A stretch of DNA of 45,384 bases, from positions 1-45,384 of the forward strand of contig JBAXEN010000001.1 of assembly GCA_037140415.1 (NCBI GenBank). The letters run 5' to 3'. This DNA comes from Betaproteobacteria bacterium. Lineage in GTDB: Bacteria > Pseudomonadota > Gammaproteobacteria > Burkholderiales > Burkholderiaceae_C. Shown piece after piece: positions 29,924 to 39,551 of this stretch. A program made the translations under genes and the position numbers. Numbering within the stretch: position 1 is the first letter of the stretch; each line of letters opens with the position of its first letter. The notes below the pieces were generated by a model, which saw nothing but the letters and a program-made list of their open reading frames with translations, did not search any database and was not told the DNA's origin.

Positions 29924-29935
29924 GACGATGAGGAC

Positions 29936-30742
29936 ATGAGCGATCTGAACCCGACAAGCAGTCCTGAAGCCAGACCCTTGGCGGGGCGCACCGCCGTGGT
30001 CACCGGTTCGGGCCGCAACATTGGGCGTGCCATCGCGATGGCCCTGGCCAGGGACGGGGCCAATGTGGTCATCAACGGTCATGGCAAGCCCGAGGCATTG
30101 GAGGCGGTGGCTGCGCAAGCCCGGGCTTTTGGGGTCCAGGCCATGGTGGCCGTGGCCGACGTGGGCGATCCCAGTGCTGTTGCGGCCATGGTCGATGCAA
30201 CGGTTCAGCGCTTTGGCAGCTTGGACATCGCGGTCTCCAACGTCTCGGTGCGCCTGCACCAGCCCTTTCTCGACATCAGCATCGATGACTGGCAGCGTGT
30301 CATCAACACCAACCTGAGTTCAGCGTTTTACCTGGCGCGCGCCTGCCTGCCGCACATGGTCAGCCGGCAATGGGGCCGGATCATCCACATCTCGGGACGC
30401 GATGGCTTTTCGCCCAAACCCAACCGGGCCCACAATGTGACCGCTAAGGCCGGTGTGTTTGCCCTGGCCAAGGCGATTGCCACCGAGTTCGGTCCCATGG
30501 GCATTACCGCCAATGCGGTGGCGCCGGGCATCGTGGATACCGAGCGTGACCTGAACCACTATCCGGACGTCACCAACGCGGCCCTGCAAAACAGCTTTGC
30601 GGTGCGCAAGGCGGCCATGCCGCTGCGACGCTTCGGCCATGTCGATGAGATCGGGGCGGCCTGTAGCTATTTGTGTTCGGAGGCGGGTGGCTTCATGACC
30701 GGCCAGATCCTGCACCTCAATGGCGGCGAGTTCATGTTCTGA
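29936..30742 (+). CDS. SDR family oxidoreductase, atypical active site
   Basis: TGSGRNIG, NAVAPG, TGQILHLNGG; NVTAK in place of YxxxK. Confidence 0.88.
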   Translation: MSDLNPTSSPEARPLAGRTAVVTGSGRNIGRAIAMALARDGANVVINGHGKPEALEAVAAQARAFGVQAMVAVADVGDPSAVAAMVDATVQRFGSLDIAVSNVSVRLHQPFLDISIDDWQRVINTNLSSAFYLARACLPHMVSRQWGRIIHISGRDGFSPKPNRAHNVTAKAGVFALAKAIATEFGPMGITANAVAPGIVDTERDLNHYPDVTNAALQNSFAVRKAAMPLRRFGHVDEIGAACSYLCSEAGGFMTGQILHLNGGEFMF

Positions 30743-30802
30743 TCGAGGTCTGACCATCGCATGAAGCCCAACCCTCCTCATCTCAAGTCTGGTGTCTGAG
30801 CC

Positions 30803-32194
30803 ATGAACACACGTCCTGCTGGAGTGACCGATGCGATGGCCGACTTTGCGGTCGGCCACAGGCCCTATCCGGCACTGGCCCGCCAGCGTGCGCTGGACGC
30901 GATGATCGATTGCCTGGCTTGCATGTACGCGGGCAGTCGCGAGCCCTTGGCGGCGCCCCTGCTCAAGGTGCTGCCGACCGCGGACGGCGAGTCGCAGCGC
31001 TATCCCGCGCTGTTCATCGGTACCGGGCGCTATGGCTCGGCTGCTGATGCGGCGCTCTACAACGGCGCCGTTGCCCATGCGCTGGACTATGACGACACCA
31101 ACCATCCGGCCTATGCCCACCCCAGCGCGGTGCTGTTGCCGGCCTTGCTGGCGGCGGCCCGGATGGCCGGTGCCAGCGGCAGCGAACTGATAGACGGCTA
31201 TATCGCCGGCTTTGAAATTTTCGGCAAGCTCGGCCGCGCGATGAACACCCAGCACTACAAGCGCGGCTGGCATGCGACCTCGAGTTTTGGCACGCTGGCC
31301 GCAACCGTTGCGATCGCTCGTATCTTGAAGCTCAGTCATCGCCAGACGGTGATGGCGCTCGGGATTGCGGCCTCCTCGGCCTCGGGTCTGCGGGCCAATT
31401 TCGGCAGCATGGTCAAACCCTTGCACGCCGGCTATGCAGCCCGCAATGCGGTGCTGGCTGCGCTGCTCGCGCGCGAGGATTTTGATGCGGCGCCACAGGC
31501 GCTGGAGCACCCCTATGGCTATCTGTCGGTGTTCAACGCCGGCATCGGCTTTGACACGGCTCCCCTGATGGCGCTGGGTGAGGACTTGGAGATCCTCACC
31601 GAGCACGGCCTGGCGCTCAAGCCCTATCCAGCCTGCGGGGCCACGCACCCTGGCATCGAAGCGGCGCTGAGCCTGCATCCGCAGTTGGCAGGCGAGGGCA
31701 TTGCTCAGGTTCAGGCGGGTGTCTGTGAGATGGCCTTCTCGCCCCTGATCTACGTCATGCCCCATACCCCGCTGGAGGGCAAATTCAGCCTGCATTACTG
31801 CATTGCGGCAGCCCTGGTGTTTGGTGAGGTGAACCTGTCGACCTTCACAGACGCCAAGGTGGCCGATCCGCGTGTGCGCAGCCTGATTCCAAAAATCTCG
31901 ATGAAAACCGATGAGCGCTGGCGAGATGACAGCGAGTTTGCAACCGAAGTCATCGTCACCACCGAAACCGGCAGACGCTTAGCCCGGCACATTGCGCTGG
32001 CCGCGGGCAAGCCCGATCGCTGGTTCAGCCCAGAGCAGTTACGCGCGAAATTCGATGACTGCACCCACGCCTTCGGCAGTGCCTTCCAGCACCGGGTATT
32101 CACCGCTTTGCGTGGGCTCGACAGCGCTGATGATGTGTTGCCCTTGATCGAGCAGTTGCGACTTCAGGAGCCGGCGTCGCAGCGGGCCGCGTGA
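30803..32194 (+). CDS. MmgE/PrpD family protein
   Basis: HALDYDD..HP, RGWHAT, KPLHAG, KPYPAC..TH, KFS. Confidence 0.92.
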   Translation: MNTRPAGVTDAMADFAVGHRPYPALARQRALDAMIDCLACMYAGSREPLAAPLLKVLPTADGESQRYPALFIGTGRYGSAADAALYNGAVAHALDYDDTNHPAYAHPSAVLLPALLAAARMAGASGSELIDGYIAGFEIFGKLGRAMNTQHYKRGWHATSSFGTLAATVAIARILKLSHRQTVMALGIAASSASGLRANFGSMVKPLHAGYAARNAVLAALLAREDFDAAPQALEHPYGYLSVFNAGIGFDTAPLMALGEDLEILTEHGLALKPYPACGATHPGIEAALSLHPQLAGEGIAQVQAGVCEMAFSPLIYVMPHTPLEGKFSLHYCIAAALVFGEVNLSTFTDAKVADPRVRSLIPKISMKTDERWRDDSEFATEVIVTTETGRRLARHIALAAGKPDRWFSPEQLRAKFDDCTHAFGSAFQHRVFTALRGLDSADDVLPLIEQLRLQEPASQRAA

Positions 32195-32244
32195 AGCCTG
32201 AGATCGGGCCATTTCAGACCCAACCCTGACCCAAGGACCCCCCC

Positions 32245-33213
32245 ATGAAAGCAGCCTCCCCACTGGTCAGCCTCGCAGCCGCTGCGATGCTTGCCCTAGC
32301 CCCTCTGGCCCAAGCGCAGGACTATCCTAGCAAGCCTGTGCGTCTGGTCGATCCTTATGCGCCCGGCGGCTCCACCAGCGTGGTCTCGCAAGCCCTGTCC
32401 AAAAAATTCCAGGAATACACCGGTCAGCCTATGGTGGTGGACCACAAACCCGGCGCGGGCAGCAACATCGGCGCTGAAATCGTCGCCAAGTCAGCGCCCG
32501 ACGGCTACACCGTCTTGGTTGCGGCCAGCAGCTTGGCCATCAACCCGAGCCTGTACCGCAATATGGCCTTTGACCCCATCAAGGATCTGGCGCCGATTGC
32601 CATGCTGATTCGCACGCCCAATGTGCTGGCGGTTCATCCGGCCTTGCCGGTGCGCAGCACCGCCGAGCTGATCGCTTATGCCAAGGCCAATCCCGGCAAG
32701 CTCAACTACGGCTCTTCCGGCAACGGCGCGACCAACCACATGGCGGCAGAACTCCTCAAGGTACTGGCCAAGGTGGAGATGCAGCATGTTCCTTATAAAG
32801 GCGGCGGTGAGGCCATGGCGGCGCTGCTCAGCGGCCAGGTTCAGGTGCTGTTCAACCCGGCATCGACCTTGGCCCCTCAGGACAAGGCCGGGCGCCTGCG
32901 CATGATTGCGGTGGGCAGTGCCGAGCGCGTGCCGGGGCTCAATCTGCCCACGCTGGCCGAGTCTGGCCTGCCCGGCTTTCAGTCGGATGTGTGGTTTGCC
33001 CTGCTCGCGCCTGCAGGTACGCCCGCACCGGTGATCGCCAAGCTCAATGCGCTGACCAATCGCATCCTGAAGGATCCGGCGGTGACGGCCACTTTGAACA
33101 AGGCCGGCCTGGAGCCCGTCGGCGGCAGTGCCGAGGACATGGCCAAATTGCTCAAAGCAGATACCGCGCGCTGGGCCGAGGTGGTCAAGAGCGCCGGCAT
33201 CAAGATCGAATAA
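32245..33213 (+). CDS. Bug/TctC substrate-binding protein
   Basis: Signal peptide, PYAPGGST, KPGAGSNIG, HVPYKG. Confidence 0.93.
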   Translation: MKAASPLVSLAAAAMLALAPLAQAQDYPSKPVRLVDPYAPGGSTSVVSQALSKKFQEYTGQPMVVDHKPGAGSNIGAEIVAKSAPDGYTVLVAASSLAINPSLYRNMAFDPIKDLAPIAMLIRTPNVLAVHPALPVRSTAELIAYAKANPGKLNYGSSGNGATNHMAAELLKVLAKVEMQHVPYKGGGEAMAALLSGQVQVLFNPASTLAPQDKAGRLRMIAVGSAERVPGLNLPTLAESGLPGFQSDVWFALLAPAGTPAPVIAKLNALTNRILKDPAVTATLNKAGLEPVGGSAEDMAKLLKADTARWAEVVKSAGIKIE

Positions 33214-33249
33214 GTCGCCACCCATCGTCTCGAGTTCAGTGCCCCCCAG

Positions 33250-33996
33250 ATGACCACCGATTCCATGCCTCCCCCTGAGGAGGTGCTCGATGTGCTGGTA
33301 CAGAGCACTTACCAGGCGATCAAGGATGCAATCCTGGGTAACCGCTTGCGGCCTGGACACAAGTTGATTCATCAGGCGCTGGCCGAAAACCTGGGCGTCT
33401 CGCGAACGCCGGTGCGCGAGTCGCTGGAGCGTCTGTACCAGGAAGGCTATGTGACGCGCATTGCCAACCGCGGCTACTTTGTCGCGGAGATCGATGTGCA
33501 GGAGGTCCGCGACCTCTACCAGACGCGCGAGGCGCTGGAGGTTTTTTCCCTGCAACTCATCTTCAAAGCGGGCCTGCAAAGCCAGGCGCTGTCCCAACTC
33601 GAAGCCATCAACGCGCGGTATAAAAAGCTGTGCATGGAAAGCCTGAGCCGAGAGCGTTTGCTGGTGGACCGGGAGTTTCATCTGGCGCTGGCATGGCTGT
33701 CGGGCAACCGGTACCTGCACAAGACGCTCAGCAGCATCTTTGATCGACTGATCCTCAAACGCCGGGTCGAGGGATTTCACGATCTGCGGGGCATTGAGCC
33801 CTACAAAGACCATGTCAGTTTGCTGGCGGCCATCGAGTCTGGCGACGAGGCAGCCGCACTCGACTTGCTCAGCGCGCACATCACCGGCGCCAGTGCCCGC
33901 TTCATCCAATACCTCGAGCCCGCTGTGGCCTCGACATCAGGCATCGCTGGGCCTGCTCGCAAGGCCAAGTCTGCGCTCAAGAAAGCAGGGTCCTGA
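33250..33996 (+). CDS. GntR/FadR (FCD) transcriptional regulator
   Basis: wHTH LAENLGVSRTPVRESL; FCD motifs DREFH, GNRYL. Confidence 0.93.
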   Translation: MTTDSMPPPEEVLDVLVQSTYQAIKDAILGNRLRPGHKLIHQALAENLGVSRTPVRESLERLYQEGYVTRIANRGYFVAEIDVQEVRDLYQTREALEVFSLQLIFKAGLQSQALSQLEAINARYKKLCMESLSRERLLVDREFHLALAWLSGNRYLHKTLSSIFDRLILKRRVEGFHDLRGIEPYKDHVSLLAAIESGDEAAALDLLSAHITGASARFIQYLEPAVASTSGIAGPARKAKSALKKAGS

Positions 33997-33997
33997 G

Positions 33998-35377
33998 ATG
34001 CCGGTCACCCGTGTGCTTGTGGCCAATCGGGGCGAAATTGCGCTGCGCGTGATCAGGGCTTGCCAGCAGATGGGCCTAGAAACCGTGCTGGCCGTGTCTG
34101 CAGCCGATCGCGACAGCCTGCCTGCTCGGCTGGCCGATCAGGTGCTGTGCATAGGTCCTGCGCCCGCAGCGCAAAGTTACCTGCAGATCCCCGCGCTGAT
34201 CATGGCTGCCATGGGCTCTGGTGCTGACGCCTTGCATCCCGGCTATGGATTTCTGTCGGAGTCGCCGGAGTTGGCCACAGCCTGCGCAGAGGCTGGGCTG
34301 GTTTTTGTGGGTCCTAGAGCGGACAACATCCGCGACATGGGCAACAAGCTGCGAGCGCGCGAGAAGGCGCAGGCCTTTGGACTGCCCTTGTTGCCCGGCT
34401 CCGAGCAGGTGTGCAGCTGGCAGGAGGCGCTGGCCGTCGCGGAGCAGATCGGCTTTCCGGTTTTGCTCAAGGCGGCGGCCGGTGGTGGCGGCAAGGGCAT
34501 GAAAGTGGTCCGCGAGGGTGCTCAGATGCAGGCCCTGTTTGAAGCGGCGACCGGCGAGGCCGCGGCCTCCTTTGGCGACAACACGCTGTATTTGGAGCGC
34601 TATATCGACAGGGCCCGCCACATCGAGGTACAGGTGCTCGGTGACGATTATGGCCAGGTGATTCATTTGGGCGAGCGCGATTGCTCCTTGCAGCGCAGGC
34701 ATCAGAAACTGGTGGAGGAATCGCCAGCGCCGGCGCTCTCGGACGCCTTGCGGGGCGAGATCTGTCAAGCGGCCGTGACCTTGGCAAAAAACATAGGCTA
34801 TGTCAGTGCGGGCACGGTGGAGTTCATCTACGACGAAGCGCTCGGGCATTTTTACTTCCTGGAAATGAACACCCGGATACAGGTGGAACACCCGGTCACT
34901 GAGATGGTCACCGGCATTGATCTGGTGCAGGAGCAATTGCGGGTGGCGCGCGGCGAGAAGCTGCGCTTTGCCCAGAGCGATCTTGTGTTTCGGGGCCATG
35001 CGATCGAGTGCCGCATCAACGCCGAGCTTCCCCTGGAGGGCTTCAGGCCCAGCCCTGGGCGCATCAGCCAATGGTCGCCGCCGCAGGGGCCCAATATCCG
35101 GCTGGACAGCCATTGCCACGAAGGCTATTTAGTGCCCCCTTATTACGACTCGCTGATGGCCAAGCTGATTGTGTATGGCGTTAATCGGCAAGAGGCGATT
35201 GAGCGCATGGTCCGGGCCTTGAAGCAATTTCAGGTGCAAGGTCCAGGCACGACCATCGACTTTTTGGGGCATGTGGTGGCCCATCCAGAGTTTGCGCAGG
35301 GCCGGGTCACCACCGGCTTGGTCGAGCAGTTGATCGAGGAATTTGCCCTAGAGCAGGAGCGCTTGCATGCGCCCTGA
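33998..35377 (+). CDS. Biotin carboxylase subunit
   Basis: VLVANRGEIA, HPGYGFLSE, GGGGKGM, ERDCSLQRRHQK, EMNTRIQVEHPVTE. Confidence 0.95.
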   Translation: MPVTRVLVANRGEIALRVIRACQQMGLETVLAVSAADRDSLPARLADQVLCIGPAPAAQSYLQIPALIMAAMGSGADALHPGYGFLSESPELATACAEAGLVFVGPRADNIRDMGNKLRAREKAQAFGLPLLPGSEQVCSWQEALAVAEQIGFPVLLKAAAGGGGKGMKVVREGAQMQALFEAATGEAAASFGDNTLYLERYIDRARHIEVQVLGDDYGQVIHLGERDCSLQRRHQKLVEESPAPALSDALRGEICQAAVTLAKNIGYVSAGTVEFIYDEALGHFYFLEMNTRIQVEHPVTEMVTGIDLVQEQLRVARGEKLRFAQSDLVFRGHAIECRINAELPLEGFRPSPGRISQWSPPQGPNIRLDSHCHEGYLVPPYYDSLMAKLIVYGVNRQEAIERMVRALKQFQVQGPGTTIDFLGHVVAHPEFAQGRVTTGLVEQLIEEFALEQERLHAP

Positions 35378-35462
35378 GTGGCGCGCCTGTCAGGGGGCAT
35401 TGGCGTCAAGCCTTGCCTAGGCCATGGCGGCTGCCTCGGGTCATGCAGCTGACAGTCCGGCA

Positions 35463-35491
35463 TGGACGCCTGCCGGTTCTGTGCGCACAAT
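35463..35491 (+). promoter_or_regulatory. Candidate internal sigma70 promoter
   Basis: TGGACG-17 nt-CACAAT in the largest gap of the cluster; TGTGCGCACA palindrome at 35480-35489. Confidence 0.4.
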
Positions 35492-35592
35492 GATTCGCGT
35501 TGACGCTGGCACGAAGAGGCAAAACCCGCGCTGCCGCAGATCGCCAGGCCTTGCGCCAAGCGGGCGAGGTGAGAAAAAAGCACGAGGAGGAG

Positions 35593-36576
35593 ATGAATAT
35601 GTTCAAACGGATTCTTGGTTCCTTGGCCTTGGCCGCAACTGGCGCGCTGAGCCTGACTGCACTCGCGCAGGACTACCCGGCAGCGCCGATACGGGTGGTG
35701 ATCCCTTATGCGCCGGGCGGCGGCAGTGACATCCTGGCACGTCCAGTGGGGGTTTATATCGAAGGCGCGCTCAAGCAGCCGGTGGTGATCGATAACAAGG
35801 GCGGCGCGGGCGGCAATATCGGCTCGGAGTTTGTGGCACGGTCGGCGCCCAATGGCTATACCTTGCTGCTGGCCAACAACTCCCAGGTGATCAATCAGTT
35901 CGTCTATAAAAGACCGGGCTATGACATGGAAAAGGACTTCGCGCCGATCTCGCTACTGGGCACCTCGCCCACCGTGGTGGTGGTCAACAAGTCCCTGCCG
36001 GTCAATTCCATCCGGGAGTTGATCGAGTACGCGCAGAAGAATGAAGGCAAGCTCAACTTCAGCAGCGCAGGGGTAGGCACTCCGGGGCACCTGGCTGGTC
36101 TGCTGTTTAACAAGCAGGCCGGTCTGAACATTGTTCATGTGGCCTACAAGGGAACCGGACCTGCGATCCTGGCTTTGCTGCAAAACGAGGTGCAGGTCCA
36201 TTTTGCGACGCCAGCGGCGGCCGATCCGCATGTGAAGTCGGGCGAATTCAAGGCCCTGGCGGTGACGTCGCAGGGCCGTTTTGCCCAACTGCCCAACCTG
36301 CCTACCGTGGCCGAGTCGGGTGTGCCTTCATTGCGTGATTACCACATCGATGTCTGGTGGGGCCTGCTCGCCCCGGCGGGCACGTCGGCGTCCATCCTTG
36401 AAAAACTCAATGCCTCGGTGGCTGCTGCCCTGCGCGATCCCAAGTTGCGCGACAGTTGGCTCTCGCGCGGCATGGTGCCCACCAGCAATTCGGTGGTGGC
36501 CTTTCAAAGCTTGATCAGAAGCGACCTGCAGAAATGGGAAAAGCTGGTGCGCGACAACGATATCAAGGTCGATTGA
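35593..36576 (+). CDS. Bug/TctC substrate-binding protein
   Basis: GAGGAGG SD, signal peptide, PYAPGGGSD, HVAYKG. Confidence 0.93.
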   Translation: MNMFKRILGSLALAATGALSLTALAQDYPAAPIRVVIPYAPGGGSDILARPVGVYIEGALKQPVVIDNKGGAGGNIGSEFVARSAPNGYTLLLANNSQVINQFVYKRPGYDMEKDFAPISLLGTSPTVVVVNKSLPVNSIRELIEYAQKNEGKLNFSSAGVGTPGHLAGLLFNKQAGLNIVHVAYKGTGPAILALLQNEVQVHFATPAAADPHVKSGEFKALAVTSQGRFAQLPNLPTVAESGVPSLRDYHIDVWWGLLAPAGTSASILEKLNASVAAALRDPKLRDSWLSRGMVPTSNSVVAFQSLIRSDLQKWEKLVRDNDIKVD

Positions 36577-36618
36577 CTCCACACTTTATCTTCGGTCAGT
36601 CATGAATTGGATAGACAC

Positions 36619-38100
36619 ATGGGACGTCTGATCACCATCAGGGACACCACGCTGCGCGACGGCCATCAGTCGCTGTGGGCCACGCGCATGTCCACCGAGA
36701 TGATGCTACCGGTGGCCCGCCACATCGAGCGCTCTGGCATCAACTCGGTCGACATCATGGCGCACGTGATCATCGACTCGGCGGTGCGATTTACCAAGGA
36801 CAACCCCTGGGATCGGGCCAATGCGCTGCGCAAACTCATGCCCACGCCCGACATGGCCGGCTACACGGCAGGCAAGGTGGCCTGGGGTTTCAGGTTGGCT
36901 CCCACCGACATCCTGGAGCTGTGTACCGAACTGACGATACGCAACGGCGTCAACATGGTCACCGCCATGAACGGCTTGCTCGATCTGGACATGATGGTCG
37001 ACCAACTCAAGCAGGCCAAAGCCCTGGGTGCCAAGACGGCGGCAGCGCTGGTCTACTCGATCAGCCCGGTGCACACCGACGCGCTTTATGAGGAAAAAGC
37101 CCGCGCCCTGGTCGAACGCGCCGATGTCGACTACATCATGATCAAGGACTCCGGCGGGCTGATCACGCCCGACGCAGCCGGCTCCTTGTTTGACGCGGTC
37201 CGCCGTGGCGCGGGCCGCAAAAAGATCACATTGCACAGCCACGCCATGACGGGCATGGCTGGTCGGGTCTACATGATCGGCGTCGATCACGGCGTGGACG
37301 ACCTGCAATGCGGAGTTTGGCCGCTGGCGCAAGGCGCGGCCCAGCCCTCGACCCAGATGGTGGTCAAGAATTTGCGGGCCAAGGGCTATCAGGTCGATAT
37401 CGATGACGAGCAGATCGAGGCTATCAGTCAGCACCTGATTGCCGTGGCCAAGCGCCATGGTTTTCCTTTGGGCGGGCCGGTCGAATACGACGACACGCAC
37501 TACGAGCATCAGATTCCGGGCGGCATGCTCAGCAATTTGCGATCGCAGCTGGCCGATGCGAATTTGCTGGAGCGCTTTCCCGAATTGGTGGGTGAAATTA
37601 AGCGGGTCAGGGCCGAATTGGGCTGGCCCACCATGGTCACCCCGTTCGCGCAATTGGTGGCCAACCAGGCGCTCTTCAATGTGGTCACGGGTGAGCGCTA
37701 CGGCACGGTGCCCGACGAAATCACCCACTATGTGCTCGGTCACTATGGCCAGTTGCTGGCGCCGGTCGATGCGAATGTGCTCGATAAGATCCTGTCCAAG
37801 AGCTCGGCCGATGCCCGGCTAGCTCCCTGGGACATGCCGCCAGCGCTGCCGGAGCTGCGCAAGCGCTACCCCCATGCCAGCGATGAAGAGCGCTTTCTGC
37901 GCTACATGATTCCCGAGGCAGCGGTGGAGGACATGCTCAAACGCCAGGGCGATGCCAAAGCGCAGGACAGCGCGCGCAGGCGTGATTTCGGCCCCATCAG
38001 CAGCGCCTTGGTGCAGCTGATGGCCAAGGCGGCGAGCATGAGCGATGTCGGTGAGGTCGACATCCGCAGCGGCGATCTGCGCCTGCGTGTGGTGCGCTAA
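36619..38100 (+). CDS. Stand-alone carboxyltransferase, pyruvate carboxylase B / oxaloacetate decarboxylase alpha / 5S type
   Basis: DTTLRDGHQSL, IKDSGG, HSH, HQIPGGMLSNL, PTMVTP; no biotinyl domain. Confidence 0.9.
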   Translation: MGRLITIRDTTLRDGHQSLWATRMSTEMMLPVARHIERSGINSVDIMAHVIIDSAVRFTKDNPWDRANALRKLMPTPDMAGYTAGKVAWGFRLAPTDILELCTELTIRNGVNMVTAMNGLLDLDMMVDQLKQAKALGAKTAAALVYSISPVHTDALYEEKARALVERADVDYIMIKDSGGLITPDAAGSLFDAVRRGAGRKKITLHSHAMTGMAGRVYMIGVDHGVDDLQCGVWPLAQGAAQPSTQMVVKNLRAKGYQVDIDDEQIEAISQHLIAVAKRHGFPLGGPVEYDDTHYEHQIPGGMLSNLRSQLADANLLERFPELVGEIKRVRAELGWPTMVTPFAQLVANQALFNVVTGERYGTVPDEITHYVLGHYGQLLAPVDANVLDKILSKSSADARLAPWDMPPALPELRKRYPHASDEERFLRYMIPEAAVEDMLKRQGDAKAQDSARRRDFGPISSALVQLMAKAASMSDVGEVDIRSGDLRLRVVR

Positions 38101-38103
38101 GCC

Positions 38104-39516
38104 ATGGACAAGGTCTGGCCCACCCCGCAGGAGGCGGTTCGTGACATCAGCGAGGGCGCCAGCATTGCGATTGCCGGCTTCAGCGTTGACCATGGTTTTG
38201 CTGTCAGCCTGATCCAGGCCCTGAAGGATCAGGGCACAAAAAGGCTGTGCATCGTCTGCAACTCGCTGGGCGCCCCTGGGCAGTTGCGGCCTCAGATTCT
38301 GGTGGAGAACCAGCAGGTCAGCCGCTTGATTGCCTCGTTCTCGGCCCGCCCCGGCGTGCCCACCGACGCTGAGCGCCAGATCGCCAGCGGCGAGATCTCG
38401 CTGGAGTTGGTCCCCCAAGGCACCTTGGTCGAGCGCCTGCGCGCCGGTGGCGCCGGCATCGCCGCCTTCTACACCCAGGCCGGGCTGGATACGGCCATCG
38501 CACGTGGCAAGGAGGTGCGCGAATTCAAGGGCCAACGCTATCTGATGGAAGAGGCGCTGACGGTGGACTACGCCTTTCTCAGTGCCTGCCGGGCCGACCG
38601 CGCCGGCAACCTGGAATTTCGCGGCGGTAGTCAAAGCTTTAACCCGAGTTTTGCCAAGGCAGCGCGGGTGGCCATTGCCGAGGTCGATGAAATCGTTGAA
38701 GTCGGGCAGATCCCGCCCGAGCGCATAGGCTTGCCGGGCATTTTTGTCTCCCGGGTGGTGCAGCGTGTGCTGCAGCCCGATCCGCCAGGCGCACGCAAGA
38801 AGCGGCGTGGTGATGACACCTTCAAGACCTATCACGGCAAGCCGGGGCTGTCGCGCATGGACATTGCCCGCCGCGCCGCTTTGCTGCTCGATGACCACAG
38901 CTATGTCAATTTAGGCGTAGGCATTCCCACCCTGATCGCTAACCACATCGGCAGCAAGGACCTGATGCTGCATGCCGAAAATGGCATCCTCGGCTACGGC
39001 CCCTTGCCGGCCGATCAGCCCATTGACCGCGACCATTACAACGCCAGCGGTGAGTTCGTCGGGCTGATTCCAGGGGCCTCTTTCTTTGACAGCGTGACCT
39101 CCTTTGAAGTCGCCCGCTCCGGCCGGCTTGCCGCGGTGGTGCTCGGTGCCTACCAGGTGGACGCTCAGGGCAATCTGGCCAATTGGTCGACGCCGAACAT
39201 GGTCGGTGGCGGCATTGGCGGTGCGATGGACCTGATCGCCAGCCCCAGCCGTCTCATCATCTTGATGGAGCACACCGACAGCAAGGACAGGCCCAAGCTC
39301 GTTGCGCAATGCACCTTCCCACTGACCGCCGAGCGCCGTGTGGACACGGTGGTGACCGATCTGGCGCTGCTGCGGCGGGTCGATGGCGTGTTCTGGCTCG
39401 AGGAGATCGCACGCGGCTTTGAGCTTGAGGAGGTGCTTGCGTTGACGCCGATGGGCGTGCGTGTGGCGCCTCAGGTCGGCGTCATGCAGGACGCATTTGA
39501 GACGAACCAGGCCTGA
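38104..39516 (+). CDS. Fused 3-oxoacid CoA-transferase (A+B subunits)
   Basis: PQGTLVERLRAGGAGI, YVNLGVGIP, catalytic-type Glu in AENG, GGAMDL. Confidence 0.92.
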   Translation: MDKVWPTPQEAVRDISEGASIAIAGFSVDHGFAVSLIQALKDQGTKRLCIVCNSLGAPGQLRPQILVENQQVSRLIASFSARPGVPTDAERQIASGEISLELVPQGTLVERLRAGGAGIAAFYTQAGLDTAIARGKEVREFKGQRYLMEEALTVDYAFLSACRADRAGNLEFRGGSQSFNPSFAKAARVAIAEVDEIVEVGQIPPERIGLPGIFVSRVVQRVLQPDPPGARKKRRGDDTFKTYHGKPGLSRMDIARRAALLLDDHSYVNLGVGIPTLIANHIGSKDLMLHAENGILGYGPLPADQPIDRDHYNASGEFVGLIPGASFFDSVTSFEVARSGRLAAVVLGAYQVDAQGNLANWSTPNMVGGGIGGAMDLIASPSRLIILMEHTDSKDRPKLVAQCTFPLTAERRVDTVVTDLALLRRVDGVFWLEEIARGFELEEVLALTPMGVRVAPQVGVMQDAFETNQA

Positions 39517-39551
39517 GTCCTCGGATTGAATCTATGGAAAGAGCCCAAACC

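Noticed and set aside
28124-30259. 711-aa antisense ORF, and similar ones at 20479-22443, 7383-8936, 10170-11675, 30320-31795 and 32491-33909
   Set aside because: Shadow ORFs opposite clear genes; expected from high-GC codon bias; no recognisable motifs
35507-35521. TGGCAC...GC resembling a sigma54 promoter
   Set aside because: GG-to-GC spacing is 9 nt rather than the required 10, and no enhancer-binding protein gene is nearby
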